The notes beneath the pieces are model-generated. The model was not told the origin of the DNA, did not search any database, and was given only the letters and a program-made list of their open reading frames with translations. The translations under genes were made by a program, and so were the position numbers. Below, one piece after another: positions 63,339 to 64,000 of a stretch of 64,000 bases of DNA (position 1 is its first letter; each line of letters starts with the position of its first letter). Location of the stretch: NCBI GenBank assembly GCA_021513715.1, contig CP084167.1, positions 1,952,001 through 2,016,000 of the forward strand, in the 5' to 3' direction. Origin of the DNA: Candidatus Heimdallarchaeum endolithica. GTDB lineage: Archaea > Asgardarchaeota > Heimdallarchaeia > Heimdallarchaeales > Heimdallarchaeaceae.

Positions 63339-63478
63339 GCCCTGATGGTGTAGCGCGGCCAATCATAATGGACTCTCACATGTTGAGGTCCGTGGGCCAA
63401 AACAGAAGAATCCATTGACCCGGGTTCAAAAAGATAAATGTTGAGGCATTTATTTTGTAACTCCCGGTCAGGGCACCA
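63339..63478 (+). tRNA. tRNA-Glu(CTC) with two introns: 37/38 (63379-63409) and 59/60 (63431-63461), encoded CCA
   Basis: GCCCTGA/TCAGGGC, ATGGA-CTCTCA|A-TCCAT, CCGGG-TTCAAA|T-CCCGG; both junctions form relaxed BHB motifs. Confidence 0.9.
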
Positions 63479-63539
63479 ATTTCTTTTATAGTATAAATTT
63501 TATATTATAAAGCATGTCCAAAAATTAATTTTTATTAAT

Positions 63540-64000
63540 GTGGGGGTTTATGTCGGAAGTATGAATTTCTTTCAGATCATAGACCCCCACAAAGCAAGAG
63601 AATTCATAATCATTAATGAACCTTTCCTTAAGAAACTGGTGAAAGAGGAACCGAGAGAAAGCAAGAGAGGGAGAAAGAGAATAGCAGAAAGATGGGTGAT
63701 ACTGGCTTTAGCAATCATTGCTAGAATAGAAGGGATAGCTTGGAGGAAGTTAGAGGAAAAGTTGTCTTTATGCGATTTTTTGATAGAAGAGGGGTGGATG
63801 AAGAAGATTCCTTCTAAATCTACTTTTCATGCAGTGTGGAGAGCGACAGAAAGTAAAATCTTAGAGCAGTGGATAATAGATTTAGGTAGGGAAATAGTGA
63901 GGAAAAAAGGCTTGAAAGCTATGGCAGTGGATAGTTCAGGGTTTAAAATCCGTCAAGCTTCTGTTTGGCGTTTTCTCAAATGGTCAAGAGGGACACTAAA
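63540..64000 (+). mobile_element. IS5-family element (left part, truncated by the window end)
   Basis: Abrupt GC rise at GGGGGTTTATG followed by a transposase ORF; the left boundary is approximate. Confidence 0.7.
63561..64000 (+). CDS. IS5-family DDE transposase, partial
   Basis: Manual translation MNFFQIIDPH...RGRKR...IPSKSTF...AVDSSGF (first catalytic Asp); frame is open to the window end. Confidence 0.8.
   Translation, partial: MNFFQIIDPHKAREFIIINEPFLKKLVKEEPRESKRGRKRIAERWVILALAIIARIEGIAWRKLEEKLSLCDFLIEEGWMKKIPSKSTFHAVWRATESKILEQWIIDLGREIVRKKGLKAMAVDSSGFKIRQASVWRFLKWSRGTL

Overview
AT-rich archaeal chromosomal window, mostly housekeeping genes. It is probably from an Asgard archaeon of the Heimdallarchaeia; this is an inference from eL38, split Rpo1, an RPA14-like OB protein, Nob1, PAC2 and Nog1. 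Core content: translation genes (aRF1, aIF5A, uL2/3/4/23, uL13, eL18, uS9, uS12, eS27, eL38, TrpRS), transcription genes (Rpo1N, Rpo1C with intein, Rpo3, TFS, aMBF1), replication genes (PCNA, GINS, PINA), A/V-ATPase A (with intein) and B, and sugar/hexosamine enzymes. There are five tRNA genes carrying five BHB introns, two of them at non-canonical T-loop position 59/60. Mobile DNA: two full IS481 copies with 16- and 14-bp target duplications, an IS481 relic fused to the 3' end of tRNA-Leu, an IS6, an IS5 cut by the window end plus an IS5 relic, and a free-standing AbrB-LAGLIDADG gene. Top candidates for novelty: (1) an unassigned, highly structured ~260-nt intergenic RNA at ~41373-41632 with its own TATA promoter and K-turn/C-D-like motifs; (2) IS insertions landing immediately upstream of BRE-TATA promoters; (3) the tRNA-Leu/IS481 chimera; (4) tandem FKBP-TM-Zn-finger receptor-like proteins. 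All calls come from reading the sequence by eye; no database searches were run.
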